This document shows positions 1 to 10,117 of a DNA stretch of 64,000 nucleotides, piece by piece. The translations under genes were made by a program, and so were the position numbers. Source of the DNA: SAR324 cluster bacterium (lineage in GTDB: Bacteria; SAR324; NAC60-12); contig JADGAV010000003.1 of assembly GCA_015231825.1 (NCBI GenBank), positions 178,954 through 242,953 on the forward strand. The letters are read 5' to 3'. Within the stretch, counting starts at the first letter, position 1. Every line of letters begins with the position of its first letter. The notes under the pieces were generated by a model. The model was given only the letters and a program-made list of their open reading frames with translations, was not told where the DNA came from and made no database searches.

Positions 1-2
1 GC

Positions 3-1910
3 AACCCGTTTGGGATCTTTTGAAACGGCACCAATAATCAATGCGGTTCCGAAACCAATATAGAAAACCCGGTCTATCTGGGGGAATTCCTCGTTTTCTC
101 CTTTCAGATATGGATCAAGTTCATTCATCACAAAGCGCCCAATTCGCTCATATTCCTCAGTGTTGTATCCAGACGGAGGAATCAAATAGCCAAACAGCAG
201 GTTTTGGTTTCCACGGGGAAGGTATTCCAGTTTCGGAGTTAACTCATAAACCACAAACGCCGACAGGGCCAGTACTCCCGCCAAAAACAGAAATTTGCGC
301 CACCAGGAATATAACAGCCAGCCCAAAAACAGGAGCCAGCTGTTGACCATTCTGCCTATTCTTCTGCGTAACCGATTGTAGAACGAATGCGAGTCTCTTC
401 GATCTTTTGCGGTGAGTACTTTTCGGTTCTTCAAAAGCCATACATAGAGAGAAGGGACAACGGCAATCGAAACAATCATGGCAAGGATGATGGCACTGGA
501 GATTGCAATGGAAATGTCAGCAAACAGTTGACCGGCTTTTTCTTTAACAAAAACCACCGGTAAAAAGACTGCCACAGTGGTGAGGCTTGAAGCTAAAACA
601 GCTCCCCAGACTTCATGGGTCGCGTTCAATGCAGCATTAAAAAGACTTTCTCCCCGCAATCGATATTGATCGATATTTTCCAAAACAACAATAGCGCTGT
701 CGACGACCATCCCCACGGCAAATGCCAGGCCTGCCAGACTGATCACATTGATATTGCGATCAAACGCTTCCAGATATACGAAAGTGCCGATGATGCTGAT
801 CGGAATCGCCAATACAACGACCAGGGAAGAACGGAAATCTCCCAAAAAAAGCAGCAGCACAAGAAAAGCAAGCCCGCTTCCCAAAAGGAGATTGCTCAGT
901 ACCAGTGAAATAGAACTGTTGATGTAGTAACGCGGGTCCGACAGGCGGGCCAGTTCCAGCTGGGCACCGGCCAGTTTCTGACGATTGAGCCGGGCGATTG
1001 TTTCAATCACTTTTTCAGTCACCTCAAGGACATTTGCCCCATGTTCCCGGTAGATTGGAATGACCAGGGAATATTGATTGTTGATCAGCACAGAGGCCGT
1101 CGGATCCTTGTATCCGATCCCCACCTGAGCCACATCACGCAAATAAATCGACTGTCCCTGCGTCTTTTTGATGATCAGATTCCCCAAATCTTCTACATCC
1201 CGAAATTTGGTCAAGGTCCGAACCACGTATTCCCGTTTTCCTTCTTTAATCCGCCCTCCGGAGATATCAAGGTTTTCTCGGCGAATGGTGTTGATCAACT
1301 GAGGAATACTCAATTGATAGGCGGCCAGTTTTTCTGAATCAAAAAGCACCTGCACTTCCTTTTCATGCCCGCCAAACACCCGGGTACTGGAGACCCCTGA
1401 TATTTTTTCAAATTCAGGAGCGACCTCATCCTCAGCATATTTCAGATATTGCCCGATGGCGGTTTCATTGCCTTCCAGGGCTTTCAGCTGCATCCAAACC
1501 ACCGGCGAGGAATTGGATCCGGAAGTCAATATCCGCGGGCGCAGAGAATTTTCAGGATAGTCTGTGACCTGGTCCAGTTCATTGGAAACGCGCAGCAGGG
1601 CTTCATCCAAATCCGTGCCAATGAGATATTCCAAAATTACCCGTCCTCGTCCGGGAGAAGACTCACTTCTCATTTGCTCCAATCCCGGCAGATTTCGAAG
1701 GGCATTTTCCTGTTTGATGACAATTTCCTTCTCCACTTCGTAGGGACTCGCCCCCGGCCAAATGGTCTGCACCGTCAATTGTGGGGTTTGCACATCAGGC
1801 GTCAACTGGATTGGAATCTGCATCAATGCGGTGATCCCTGCAATCAGGATAAAAGCTGTCAATGCCGCCACCAGCGCGGGTTTTTCAAGGAAAAATCGAA
1901 TGAACGCCAT
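3..1910 (-). CDS. RND efflux transporter permease (AcrB/AcrD/AcrF family), 3' end runs off the window start
   Basis: Not in the ORF track because it has no stop in the window. Manual translation from ATG at 1910 gives MAFIRFFLEKPALVAALTAFILIAGITALMQIPIQLTPDVQTPQLTVQTIWPGASPYEVEKEIV, a typical AcrB-family N-terminus; later TM-region motifs include GMVVDSAIVVLENI and ASSLTTVAVFLP. Lies directly downstream of an adaptor gene. Confidence 0.92.
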   Translation of the reverse strand, partial: MAFIRFFLEKPALVAALTAFILIAGITALMQIPIQLTPDVQTPQLTVQTIWPGASPYEVEKEIVIKQENALRNLPGLEQMRSESSPGRGRVILEYLIGTDLDEALLRVSNELDQVTDYPENSLRPRILTSGSNSSPVVWMQLKALEGNETAIGQYLKYAEDEVAPEFEKISGVSSTRVFGGHEKEVQVLFDSEKLAAYQLSIPQLINTIRRENLDISGGRIKEGKREYVVRTLTKFRDVEDLGNLIIKKTQGQSIYLRDVAQVGIGYKDPTASVLINNQYSLVIPIYREHGANVLEVTEKVIETIARLNRQKLAGAQLELARLSDPRYYINSSISLVLSNLLLGSGLAFLVLLLFLGDFRSSLVVVLAIPISIIGTFVYLEAFDRNINVISLAGLAFAVGMVVDSAIVVLENIDQYRLRGESLFNAALNATHEVWGAVLASSLTTVAVFLPVVFVKEKAGQLFADISIAISSAIILAMIVSIAVVPSLYVWLLKNRKVLTAKDRRDSHSFYNRLRRRIGRMVNSWLLFLGWLLYSWWRKFLFLAGVLALSAFVVYELTPKLEYLPRGNQNLLFGYLIPPSGYNTEEYERIGRFVMNELDPYLKGENEEFPQIDRVFYIGFGTALIIGAVSKDPKRV

Positions 1911-1941
1911 TTGCTCTCTTTTGATGTCTTCTGGAACTGAA

Positions 1942-3036
1942 TTACTTGATAGGAAGATCTTTGTTGATTGTGACAGGGGTTCCCGGAAAGATCCGTTCGT
2001 TGCCGCGGACAATTACCGGTTCTCCCGCCTGCAGACCTTTGGCCTGAATAACAACGAGATCCTTCTGATTTCCATCCACTTGTACAGGAACAATTTGAGC
2101 CATCCCGTCGCGAACCACAACCACATGGGTCCGGCTTCCTTTCCGGACTATCGCATCACGGGGAACAAACATTTTTTCTGCAGGAATTCCAATGGGAATG
2201 GATACCTGAACCAGAAGTCCGCTCAGCGGCATTCCCTCCGGATTCGCGACATGGACGATTGCAGTGAAATTTCCTGTGGATTCTTCAATGTGATGAATGA
2301 CTGATGTGATTTGACCCTGCAAAATTTTTGAAGACTCTTTCAATTGAATTTCAACATCGGTCTGAACAGGGATTTTCCCCAGGAATTTCCCTGGTATTCC
2401 CAACTTCAATTCCAGCTTCTCATAGTTGACAATTTGAAAAAGGACCTGAGCAGGGGTGACCCACTTGCCCAGATCTACAGAGGAGGAAAGAATCTGTCCG
2501 CTGAAGGGGGCTTTAATCAAATAGCTAGCTACCAAAGATGCCATTCGATTGATCTCCGCCTTTTTTGATTCGACATTGACTTCCTGCATTTTAAACTGGG
2601 CAACATCTTCATCTAGTTTTTCTTCGGAAGAAACCTTTCTTTTGATCAAAAATCGGGTTCGTTCCATTTTCTTTTTCGCCAGATCCAATTGGATGAGTGA
2701 CTGTCTGAGGTCAATTTTTGCAATAGCTAGTCGCCCTTCTTGAGAGGGATTGATCGCTCGGGCCAGCAATTCTCCTTCTTCAACAAATTCTCCTTCATGT
2801 TTCAAAATTTCTTTGATCCTTCCCGAATCGTCCACTGCAAGAAATGCATTCTTGAAAGGGCGTAGCGTTCCGGACAAGGTAACCTGCAGATTTTGCATTT
2901 CAACTTTTACCGGCATCACAGCCACCGGTGACGGGGGACGGTTTGATGCTTTCTTGGGCTCTTGTGCAATCAGAAAAGCAGGGATCAAACCGATCCACAT
3001 AAGGCTGAAGGAGAGGAATAGTGCAGTTTTTGTCAT
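1942..3036 (-). CDS. RND efflux periplasmic adaptor (membrane fusion protein)
   Basis: N-terminal anchor, lipoyl half motifs (SGRIKEILKHEGEFVEEGELL; IKAPFSGQI), coiled hairpin, and C-terminal VPRDAIV and GLQAGEPVIVRG. Confidence 0.92.
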   Translation of the reverse strand: MTKTALFLSFSLMWIGLIPAFLIAQEPKKASNRPPSPVAVMPVKVEMQNLQVTLSGTLRPFKNAFLAVDDSGRIKEILKHEGEFVEEGELLARAINPSQEGRLAIAKIDLRQSLIQLDLAKKKMERTRFLIKRKVSSEEKLDEDVAQFKMQEVNVESKKAEINRMASLVASYLIKAPFSGQILSSSVDLGKWVTPAQVLFQIVNYEKLELKLGIPGKFLGKIPVQTDVEIQLKESSKILQGQITSVIHHIEESTGNFTAIVHVANPEGMPLSGLLVQVSIPIGIPAEKMFVPRDAIVRKGSRTHVVVVRDGMAQIVPVQVDGNQKDLVVIQAKGLQAGEPVIVRGNERIFPGTPVTINKDLPIK

Positions 3037-3330
3037 CGATTCTTTCAGGAGAATAATTATGGCAGGGAGTCAATTGATTGAGCTTGACATCGAATGCTAA
3101 ATTTTGTGTTGGAGAGTCCAATTTATTCAAAAAAGTTTCAAGAGATTTGATTGCCACGTGTGCTCATTCAGAATTACAGCAGCAACAATTCATCCGTCGC
3201 CAGAGTCCTCGCTTTTCAAAATCAGAGTGTCAAAAAAATCATTGAGGGTGATCCCCAATTGTGTCAATATTTTCACAAGATCAGCAAACAATCGAAGTTC
3301 ATTTGAAGCACCGCATAAAAAGGAGACGCT

Positions 3331-3597
3331 ATGGCCGTTGGCTGGGCCCGCGAAGGGGCCGTCCAGGAACAGATCGAAGCAACAATCGAATCCGCCGTGC
3401 AGCAGGCAAGGACACAGATGCCTCAAGGCGAAAGTTTGACTCACTGTGAAGAATGTGAAGAGGCCATTCCGGAAGCACGCCGTAAAGCTGTGGTTGGGGT
3501 TCGTTTTTGCGTTCAGTGTCAGTCCGAACTTGAAAAAAGCCACAAGAATATTGAACTCTATAACCGCAAAGGAAGCAAAGACAGCCAGCTGAAATGA
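3331..3597 (+). CDS. ybiI: DksA/TraR family C4 zinc-finger protein (YbiI-like)
   Basis: MAVGWAREGAVQEQIEATI...CEECEEAIPEARRKAVVGVRFCVQCQ...YNRKGSKDSQLK, with strong RBS AGGAGA upstream. Confidence 0.92.
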   Translation: MAVGWAREGAVQEQIEATIESAVQQARTQMPQGESLTHCEECEEAIPEARRKAVVGVRFCVQCQSELEKSHKNIELYNRKGSKDSQLK

Positions 3598-3601
3598 AGA
3601 T

Positions 3602-4879
3602 TCACCAGCCAATCCATTCTGCTTTACGCGGAATATCAGCAGTAAATATTTTGTTCATTTTCAAGATTCCATTACTTGTCAATTCGCTTACTCCACCTGA
3701 ACGGGTATCTCCCGAGACCTTTGCCTGATAAATGGGAATCAAAGTCTGACCACGATGATCCGTCGCGGTCCAGGAACTTGGACCGCAAACGCCCTCTAAT
3801 CCTTTTGGCACCCAGTTTTGCTTTTGATAAAACCCTTTTTTGATATTCGGACCATTGATTCCCCCATTTTTGTCGGCCCATTCCATTGCTTCCTTCATGT
3901 AATACGGATGACAAACCCCGCGAATGTAATGGACCGGCCGATACAAAGTTCCGGAAGGGTCTGAGATTTTAGAGATTTCCCGCAGCAGTTTCATTCCCGG
4001 GACCCTATCATTCCAGCTGGCAGTGCTCATCACCCAGACAACGCCGTCTGCCCCCCTGCCGGCCTCTTTCATCGTGTTTTCATCCATGCCCCAAACATTG
4101 ATGAGAAACTGAGTTTTGACCTTGAGACGATAGCAAGTACTCAGCAATGCAGCATTGGAACCTCCAGTGTTGGCAAGAAACGTGTAATCCGCACCGGATT
4201 CTTTCAGTGCGAGACACTGCTCCTCGAATTCTCCAGGATGAAGAGAATAAACAATCGGAGGCACGATTTCAAAATCCAATTCTTCCGCATATTCATATCC
4301 GGGAGCCTTCGCTGCATTAGGGTACGGATGATTGTCTCCCATATGAATATATTTCGGATTGCCGGAACGAGCATGCCGAATCCAGTCCGTTTTAGCCCAC
4401 TGGATCAGGGCACGAACTCCATCGGAATATGAAGGTCCAACAAAAAAATTATAGGGTGCAGCTTTCAAAGTATTGGGACCTCTGCCGGTGGGATCCGTCA
4501 AACGACCAGAAAAGGAAAGGGAAACAAAGGGGACCTTGTCTTTTGAGACAAATCCCACCAACGCTTCTGTATCAGCAGTTCCCCATCCCTGAATTACCGT
4601 GACTCCCTCTCGCTTCCATTTTTTGTAGGTTTCAATCGCTTTGGTCGCTTTGTAAGAGTAATCCAAATGGCTGAGGCGCATCGTTTTTCCATTGATTCCT
4701 CCATGAGCATTGATGTATTCCAGTGCATCAATTTTCCCCTGCCCCGCAAATTTTCCAATTCCGGAGGTGGGACCGGTCATGTCGTAGAGATTGCCTACAA
4801 AAATCTCTTCAACTTCTGCAAAACAGATGCTGGTGAAAGTGAAAAACAGTACGGTATAGCATAGTTTCAATATCGGCAT
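3602..4879 (-). CDS. Periplasmic substrate-binding protein, branched-chain amino acid (LivK/type I PBP) family
   Basis: Signal peptide followed by VGNLYDMTGPTS, YINAHGGINGK and IQGWGTADTEAL. No permease or ATPase genes adjacent. Confidence 0.88.
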   Translation of the reverse strand: MPILKLCYTVLFFTFTSICFAEVEEIFVGNLYDMTGPTSGIGKFAGQGKIDALEYINAHGGINGKTMRLSHLDYSYKATKAIETYKKWKREGVTVIQGWGTADTEALVGFVSKDKVPFVSLSFSGRLTDPTGRGPNTLKAAPYNFFVGPSYSDGVRALIQWAKTDWIRHARSGNPKYIHMGDNHPYPNAAKAPGYEYAEELDFEIVPPIVYSLHPGEFEEQCLALKESGADYTFLANTGGSNAALLSTCYRLKVKTQFLINVWGMDENTMKEAGRGADGVVWVMSTASWNDRVPGMKLLREISKISDPSGTLYRPVHYIRGVCHPYYMKEAMEWADKNGGINGPNIKKGFYQKQNWVPKGLEGVCGPSSWTATDHRGQTLIPIYQAKVSGDTRSGGVSELTSNGILKMNKIFTADIPRKAEWIGW

Positions 4880-5409
4880 CGGCCCTTTGGCTGAAATCTA
4901 TTTGCCTGCCAGCCGTAAGCTGACAATGTTAAGGTCCTGACTCAGTTGGATGAAACATACCACCCAATTTGCTCATTCAGGACTGTAATGATTCAATACA
5001 TCTCTTATTAAACCAGAAAGGTTTTCTCAAATCCCCAGCAATGTTTCGGATTCGAGGTTAATAGAATCATAAATATTTCTGCAGCGGGAAAGTTTCCATA
5101 GAAAATCACATGACATTGTTCAAGAGAATTCCCGTGTCTGCATCAGCTGAATCAACAACATCACGCTGACCACATACATTTTTCAACATCTTCCCCGACA
5201 TAAATTTGTCGAATTTTTGACTATTTCTATCATCGCCGTTCTCTGAAGGTCTGAACCTGATAGAAATTTTCTCATTTCAATACAAGTAAATAAATTAGAA
5301 GTCTTTAAATGTCGAGCAAGTAAGTCATGAAACTGGAAAGATCGATTGACTGAAAAGTGAATTTATTCAAAAACTGTTTTTACATGTATTCCCTGCTGAT
5401 GCGCTATTT

Positions 5410-6093
5410 TCAGCGCCGCAATACAGCGACCCAGCGCCAAAGGTTGAGCAGGCTGGCCAGGGAGTTGGCGACATAAGTCAAGGAACACGCAGTTAAAATC
5501 CGCTGAATTGATTTTTGATCCTGTTCTTCGACATACTGCCCGTCTTTGAGAATCGGCATGGCTTTATCAAAACTGGCATTGATTTCCACGGGAAGCGTGA
5601 TCAAGTGGACCAATATCGGCCCGCCTAGAATGCAAATTCCGCTCAACAGTGTCAGCAAGCCGGCACCGGGTGCTCGACTGAGCAGGGTTAAAACCGGAGT
5701 GGCCAAAACAAGCAAGGAACCGACTTTTTCCAGTTTTTGAGAAACCTGCACCAGACCCGTTCGCCACGCCAGGGGACGGTAGCCAATTTGATCCTGAATG
5801 GCATGTCCAACCTCATGAGCGGCAGTGGCCACTGCGGTCAAAGATTTCCCATGCATATTTCCGGGACTCAGTCGCACCGTTTTAGCCAGGGGATCATAGT
5901 GGTCACCCAGGGCAGTTTCCTCGACTTTGATTCCTTCCATGTCAAACTGCTTCAGTAAATGAAATGCGAGTTCCCCACCGGTGCCGGGAATGTCATCACG
6001 ATGGGCACTATACCGGGAAAGGACCGCTTTGGCCCAAAAACTCGGAGCATACAGAACAATCAGTATAAACAAGATAGGAAGTAAGAAGTGCAT
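5410..6093 (-). CDS. Neutral zinc metallopeptidase (YugP / Zn_peptidase_2 family)
   Basis: GDHYDP, AAHEVGHAIQ (HExxH), TLPVEINAS and LTYVA motifs, plus TM segments. Confidence 0.9.
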   Translation of the reverse strand: MHFLLPILFILIVLYAPSFWAKAVLSRYSAHRDDIPGTGGELAFHLLKQFDMEGIKVEETALGDHYDPLAKTVRLSPGNMHGKSLTAVATAAHEVGHAIQDQIGYRPLAWRTGLVQVSQKLEKVGSLLVLATPVLTLLSRAPGAGLLTLLSGICILGGPILVHLITLPVEINASFDKAMPILKDGQYVEEQDQKSIQRILTACSLTYVANSLASLLNLWRWVAVLRR

Positions 6094-6104
6094 GGTCAGC
6101 TAAG

Positions 6105-6734
6105 CTATTCTTCTGGAGGCATATTTGGAAGCTCCGGCTGCTCAACTGCTTGTCCGGGGAACTCCTCCGATTCCGGATGGCCTTCTGCAAGGTCCTTCTC
6201 CTCTTCAGTCGCCCGAACCATATCCAGCTCGGCGAGACTGGGCAGATTATTGAGATTGCTGAGACCAAAAACTTCCAAAAAAAACTTTGTTGTCCCGTAC
6301 AAAATTGGGCGGCCGGGAACGGGTTCCTTACCGACGATTCGGATCAGGTTTCTTTGAAGAAGCGTTCTGAGGGTATAGGAGGAATCTACCCCGCGTATGA
6401 ATTCAACATTCGCTCTTGTGATCGGTTGTTTATAGGCAACAATGGCCAGGGTTTCTATCGTCGGCAGAGACAGTTTAATCGGTTTAATCGGTTCCAATTT
6501 CTTGATCCAGGGACGAAACCTGGGTTCGGTTCGCATTTGAAAACCGCCTGCGACCTCCCTAATGCGAAAAACTCGACCCGACTTTTCATATTGTCTGTTG
6601 AGATTTTCAATCAGTTTTTTAAATTCACGGGAATTGCCAGTCCCCATCAACTCAGAGACCTGCCTGAGCGAAATGGCCTGCGGAGACGAGAACAAAATGG
6701 CTTCAATAACCTGTTCCTGTTCTTTTGCTTTCAT
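6105..6734 (-). CDS. scpB: SMC-Scp complex subunit ScpB
   Basis: IEAILF, REVAGGFQMRT, ETLAIVAYKQPITRANVEFIRGVDS, PGRPILYGTTKFFLEVFGL and an acidic tail. Confidence 0.96.
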   Translation of the reverse strand: MKAKEQEQVIEAILFSSPQAISLRQVSELMGTGNSREFKKLIENLNRQYEKSGRVFRIREVAGGFQMRTEPRFRPWIKKLEPIKPIKLSLPTIETLAIVAYKQPITRANVEFIRGVDSSYTLRTLLQRNLIRIVGKEPVPGRPILYGTTKFFLEVFGLSNLNNLPSLAELDMVRATEEEKDLAEGHPESEEFPGQAVEQPELPNMPPEE

Positions 6735-6978
6735 TGAGAACTCATACTTTTAAACCAAGAAACCGATTGCCGGGGGGTGATGTCACTGGACGACCATGAA
6801 ACGGAGTTGCTCTAATTGAATTTTTTATATATATTCAGAAAAAACCTGATTCCCAGCCTCGTTTTTGCGAGTCTTAGTGTATCGCAAGACTCATCTGATT
6901 ACCATCCTGTTTTTCTTCACATTCCATAATAAACATAAAAAAACAGGAAGTGAATTTCTATTCTTTCACAGAGAGCAA

Positions 6979-8082
6979 ATGGACACTGTTGACATTACCA
7001 TAATCGGCGCCGGTGTGATTGGACTGGCAATTGCCCAAAAACTGGCTGGGACTGAAAAAGATTTGCTGATCCTGGAGCAGCATCGCTCTTTTGGTACTGA
7101 AACCAGCAGTCGTCACAGTGAAGTGATTCATGCAGGAATATATTATCCAAAAGATTCGTTGAAGGCAAAATTCTGCGTGGCAGGGAAAATCGCAATGTAT
7201 GATTACTGCCGCCGAAATCGGATTCCGTTCAAACAGCTTGGAAAACTGATTGTTGCCACAAAATCAGAAGAAGAACCTATTTTGGAAGAAATCCTGGGCA
7301 AAGCCAGGACCAACGGGGTATTTGATCTACAGTGGATGTCCCGGCAGGAGCTCCAACGCCTGGAACCTGAACTTCAAGCGACTCAAGCTTTGTTTTCTCC
7401 TTCAACAGGCATTATTGACAGCCATTCCTTCATGCGTTCCCTGCTGGCAAATGCCGAAAGCAAAGGGGCCAATTTAGTCTGCCTCACACCTGTTGAGCGG
7501 ATAGAACCGGTCAAAGAGGGTTTTGAAGTCCACGTCGGCGGAGAAAATCCGTTTCATTTTCACACGCGGATCCTGATCAATGCAGGGGGATTGTATGCGC
7601 AAGATATTTCCCGAAAAATCAGTGGTTTAAACCCGCATTCGATTCCACCAATCTATTTTTGCAAGGGAAATTATTTTGCAATCAGCGGTAAAAGCCCGTT
7701 TTCCCACTTGATCTACCCGGTCCCTGAACCCAATGTTGCCGGGTTAGGGGTCCATTCAACGATAGATTTGGCAGGGCAAGTTCGCTTTGGCCCGGATGTC
7801 CAGTACATCGATACAATAGACTATGACGTTTCATTGAAAAATCTCCCTCAGTTTTACCATTCGATTCGCCGTTATTTCCCCGGACTTCCGGATGCTTCAC
7901 TTCGCCCCGATTATTCGGGCATCCGTCCCAAACTCCAGGGACCCGGAGACCCGGTGGCCGATTTTATCATTCAAGACGCCAGTATTCATCAATTGCCCGG
8001 CCTGATTCAGTTGTATGGCATTGAGTCTCCAGGTTTCACTTCTTCTCTTGCCATTGCCGATCATGTCCATACACTTCTTTAG
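6979..8082 (+). CDS. FAD-dependent oxidoreductase, L-2-hydroxyglutarate oxidase (LhgO/L2HGDH)-like
   Basis: IIGAGVIG, ETSSRHSEVIHAGIYY, KGNYF, GLGVHST, YSGIRPKL and GIESPGFTSSLAIA. Start moved to ATG 6979 (MDTVDITIIG); the track start at 6865 is an upstream extension. Confidence 0.88.
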   Translation: MDTVDITIIGAGVIGLAIAQKLAGTEKDLLILEQHRSFGTETSSRHSEVIHAGIYYPKDSLKAKFCVAGKIAMYDYCRRNRIPFKQLGKLIVATKSEEEPILEEILGKARTNGVFDLQWMSRQELQRLEPELQATQALFSPSTGIIDSHSFMRSLLANAESKGANLVCLTPVERIEPVKEGFEVHVGGENPFHFHTRILINAGGLYAQDISRKISGLNPHSIPPIYFCKGNYFAISGKSPFSHLIYPVPEPNVAGLGVHSTIDLAGQVRFGPDVQYIDTIDYDVSLKNLPQFYHSIRRYFPGLPDASLRPDYSGIRPKLQGPGDPVADFIIQDASIHQLPGLIQLYGIESPGFTSSLAIADHVHTLL

Positions 8083-9991
8083 GTTTTTGGCAGTTGGGTG
8101 CTGCCTGTTCATATTCGGGAGTCCTGTCCGCGTGACAGCAATGGATCCGGCAGCATTAGAAACGCTTTTAAAGCAAGTTTCCCAAAAACAGCTTTCACAG
8201 CATCCGTACTGGCTCCGCCTGCTGCACTATCACAAACCCTGGGAATCTCCAGGTCAATGGTCATTCCGCAGTGATGTCCAAAACCCCGCTTTTTTCCTCT
8301 CTCCGTTGGGGCAAACCGATCCGCATGCCGAGTTGCAGGCAACCTTGCGCGCATTTTTCGAACCAGACAACGAGGATCCCAATCTGCACCCCCAATGCCG
8401 TTTTGTGGCGAGGTTTCAATGGCTGCGCACACAGCTCGACCTTTTGAAGTCCAAAACACAAAAAGCCTGCCCGATGTTTGAGCAGTGGGCGAATCTATCT
8501 CATGTCAGATCAATCAGCCTTGTCTTTGCATCCGCCTACATGGGAAATCCCGCCTCGATATACGGCCACATTTTGTTAAAAATCAATTCAGAAGGGGATG
8601 TATTCGCCCATTCCCTGCTCAGCCCAACCTTTAATTTTGGAGCAGCACTCGATGGGGCAGACAATCCCCTCGTCTACGCTTTTAAAGGCTTATTCGGCGG
8701 TTACACGGGACGTTTGTCTGATGAGCGGTTTTATAACTACAACCACATTTATGGCGAATCAGAACTGCGGGATTTATGGGAATATGAACTCAATCTCGAT
8801 GAACAGCAGAGGCGGAGAATTATTTATCACGCCTGGGAACTGCTGCAGGCGGTGGACTTCGATTATTATTTCTTTTTGGACAATTGCGCTTACCGTTTGG
8901 CCGGACTCTTGGAAATGGCCTGGGATGAAAAAAGGATCAACCCAGAATTCTCCCTGTGGACCATTCCCATCAATGTTTTTTTTCATGTCAATGCAATGGA
9001 AAACAACGGGGCCCCGCTCGTCAAATCAGTTCAGCTGCATCCTTCACGGCAGCGTCGACTGCTAAAGAAAGCAGAGGGGTTAAACAGCTCTCAGAAATTC
9101 TGGCTGAGCCAAATTGTCCATCAGTTCGAAAAAATCCATTCGCCTGAATTTAAACAGCTCGCAGGTGACGAACAAGCAGAAGTCCTGGATGCCCTGATTG
9201 ACTATAATCAGTATCAGGCGGCCGAAGAACAAACCTTGCTCTCTGCAGAACAAAAATCCCGGTTGCTGTTGAGACGAAGTCAACTTCCCATTCTCCCGGA
9301 AGCACTCAACGAGTTTGCTTCACTGGCTCCGCCAACCGAGGGAACACCCCCCGTCCGTTTCCGGATCGGAGGGGTTTACAACTCTGAACAGCTCAATGCC
9401 CTGGAAGTCGCTGCCTGGACTTCATTTCACGATTCCCTGGGTCGGGAAGACGGCCATTTGCCTCATTCAGAACTGATCACTCTTGATACCAGAGTCCGTC
9501 TGACCGAAGAACAGATTTATCTGCACCAGCTAATATTTTTTAATCTCCGTTCAATAGACATTGCTCCTATTGACTCTCCTCTGAGCTCTGCCTGGTCATG
9601 GCAGGCAACAGGTACGCTGGAACCCCGTGATTTAAGTTGTGAAAAATGCCCTGTTTTAAACCTGACAGGGGGGATCGGTAAGGCAGAATCGATTTTCAAT
9701 TCAGGTTTTTATTCGCTCTTCCTTTCTTCCTTTGTCCGGGCCTCGAATGAATACGAACAGGACTATACGCTTGGAGTGGCTCCTTCCCTGGGAATCGTGC
9801 TGTCTCCGTTGGAAATATGGAAGTTCGAATTCACGTGGACATACCTGGGAGCTTTTCTGGGAGAACGAATTTCAGAGCATCAACTCCAATGGAAGCACCG
9901 CTTGACGTTGACTGACAATACCGATGCCCGCCTGGAAATCATGCACCATAAGGGTACCGAGGCCGGGCTTTTTTTTAATTATTACTGGTAG
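8063..9991 (+). CDS. DUF4105 / Lnb N-terminal (papain-like His-Cys) domain protein with probable C-terminal outer-membrane beta-barrel
   Basis: Signal peptide, WLRLLHY, QCRFVARFQWL, ASAYMGNPASIYGHILLKI, E-x-RDLWEYELNL and YYFFLDNCAY. The C-terminal third has alternating amphipathic strands and ends GLFFNYYW. Likely start is ATG 8063. Confidence 0.8.
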   Translation: MSIHFFRFLAVGCCLFIFGSPVRVTAMDPAALETLLKQVSQKQLSQHPYWLRLLHYHKPWESPGQWSFRSDVQNPAFFLSPLGQTDPHAELQATLRAFFEPDNEDPNLHPQCRFVARFQWLRTQLDLLKSKTQKACPMFEQWANLSHVRSISLVFASAYMGNPASIYGHILLKINSEGDVFAHSLLSPTFNFGAALDGADNPLVYAFKGLFGGYTGRLSDERFYNYNHIYGESELRDLWEYELNLDEQQRRRIIYHAWELLQAVDFDYYFFLDNCAYRLAGLLEMAWDEKRINPEFSLWTIPINVFFHVNAMENNGAPLVKSVQLHPSRQRRLLKKAEGLNSSQKFWLSQIVHQFEKIHSPEFKQLAGDEQAEVLDALIDYNQYQAAEEQTLLSAEQKSRLLLRRSQLPILPEALNEFASLAPPTEGTPPVRFRIGGVYNSEQLNALEVAAWTSFHDSLGREDGHLPHSELITLDTRVRLTEEQIYLHQLIFFNLRSIDIAPIDSPLSSAWSWQATGTLEPRDLSCEKCPVLNLTGGIGKAESIFNSGFYSLFLSSFVRASNEYEQDYTLGVAPSLGIVLSPLEIWKFEFTWTYLGAFLGERISEHQLQWKHRLTLTDNTDARLEIMHHKGTEAGLFFNYYW

Positions 9992-10117
9992 CCCCCGAAC
10001 TCGTCCCGCTGGTCCTTTTGACCTGAAACGTTCAGCGGAGGCGGCTGTTTTCCCCGATGCCCCCCTGCCAAATAACGGAAGTTTGCAGAAGAAGAGGCAG
10101 AAACTAAAAAAAGCGAA

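Noticed and set aside
4880-5409. Known riboswitch (glycine, c-di-GMP, cobalamin, Moco) in the long spacer
   Set aside because: I could not find the conserved core sequences on either strand by eye.
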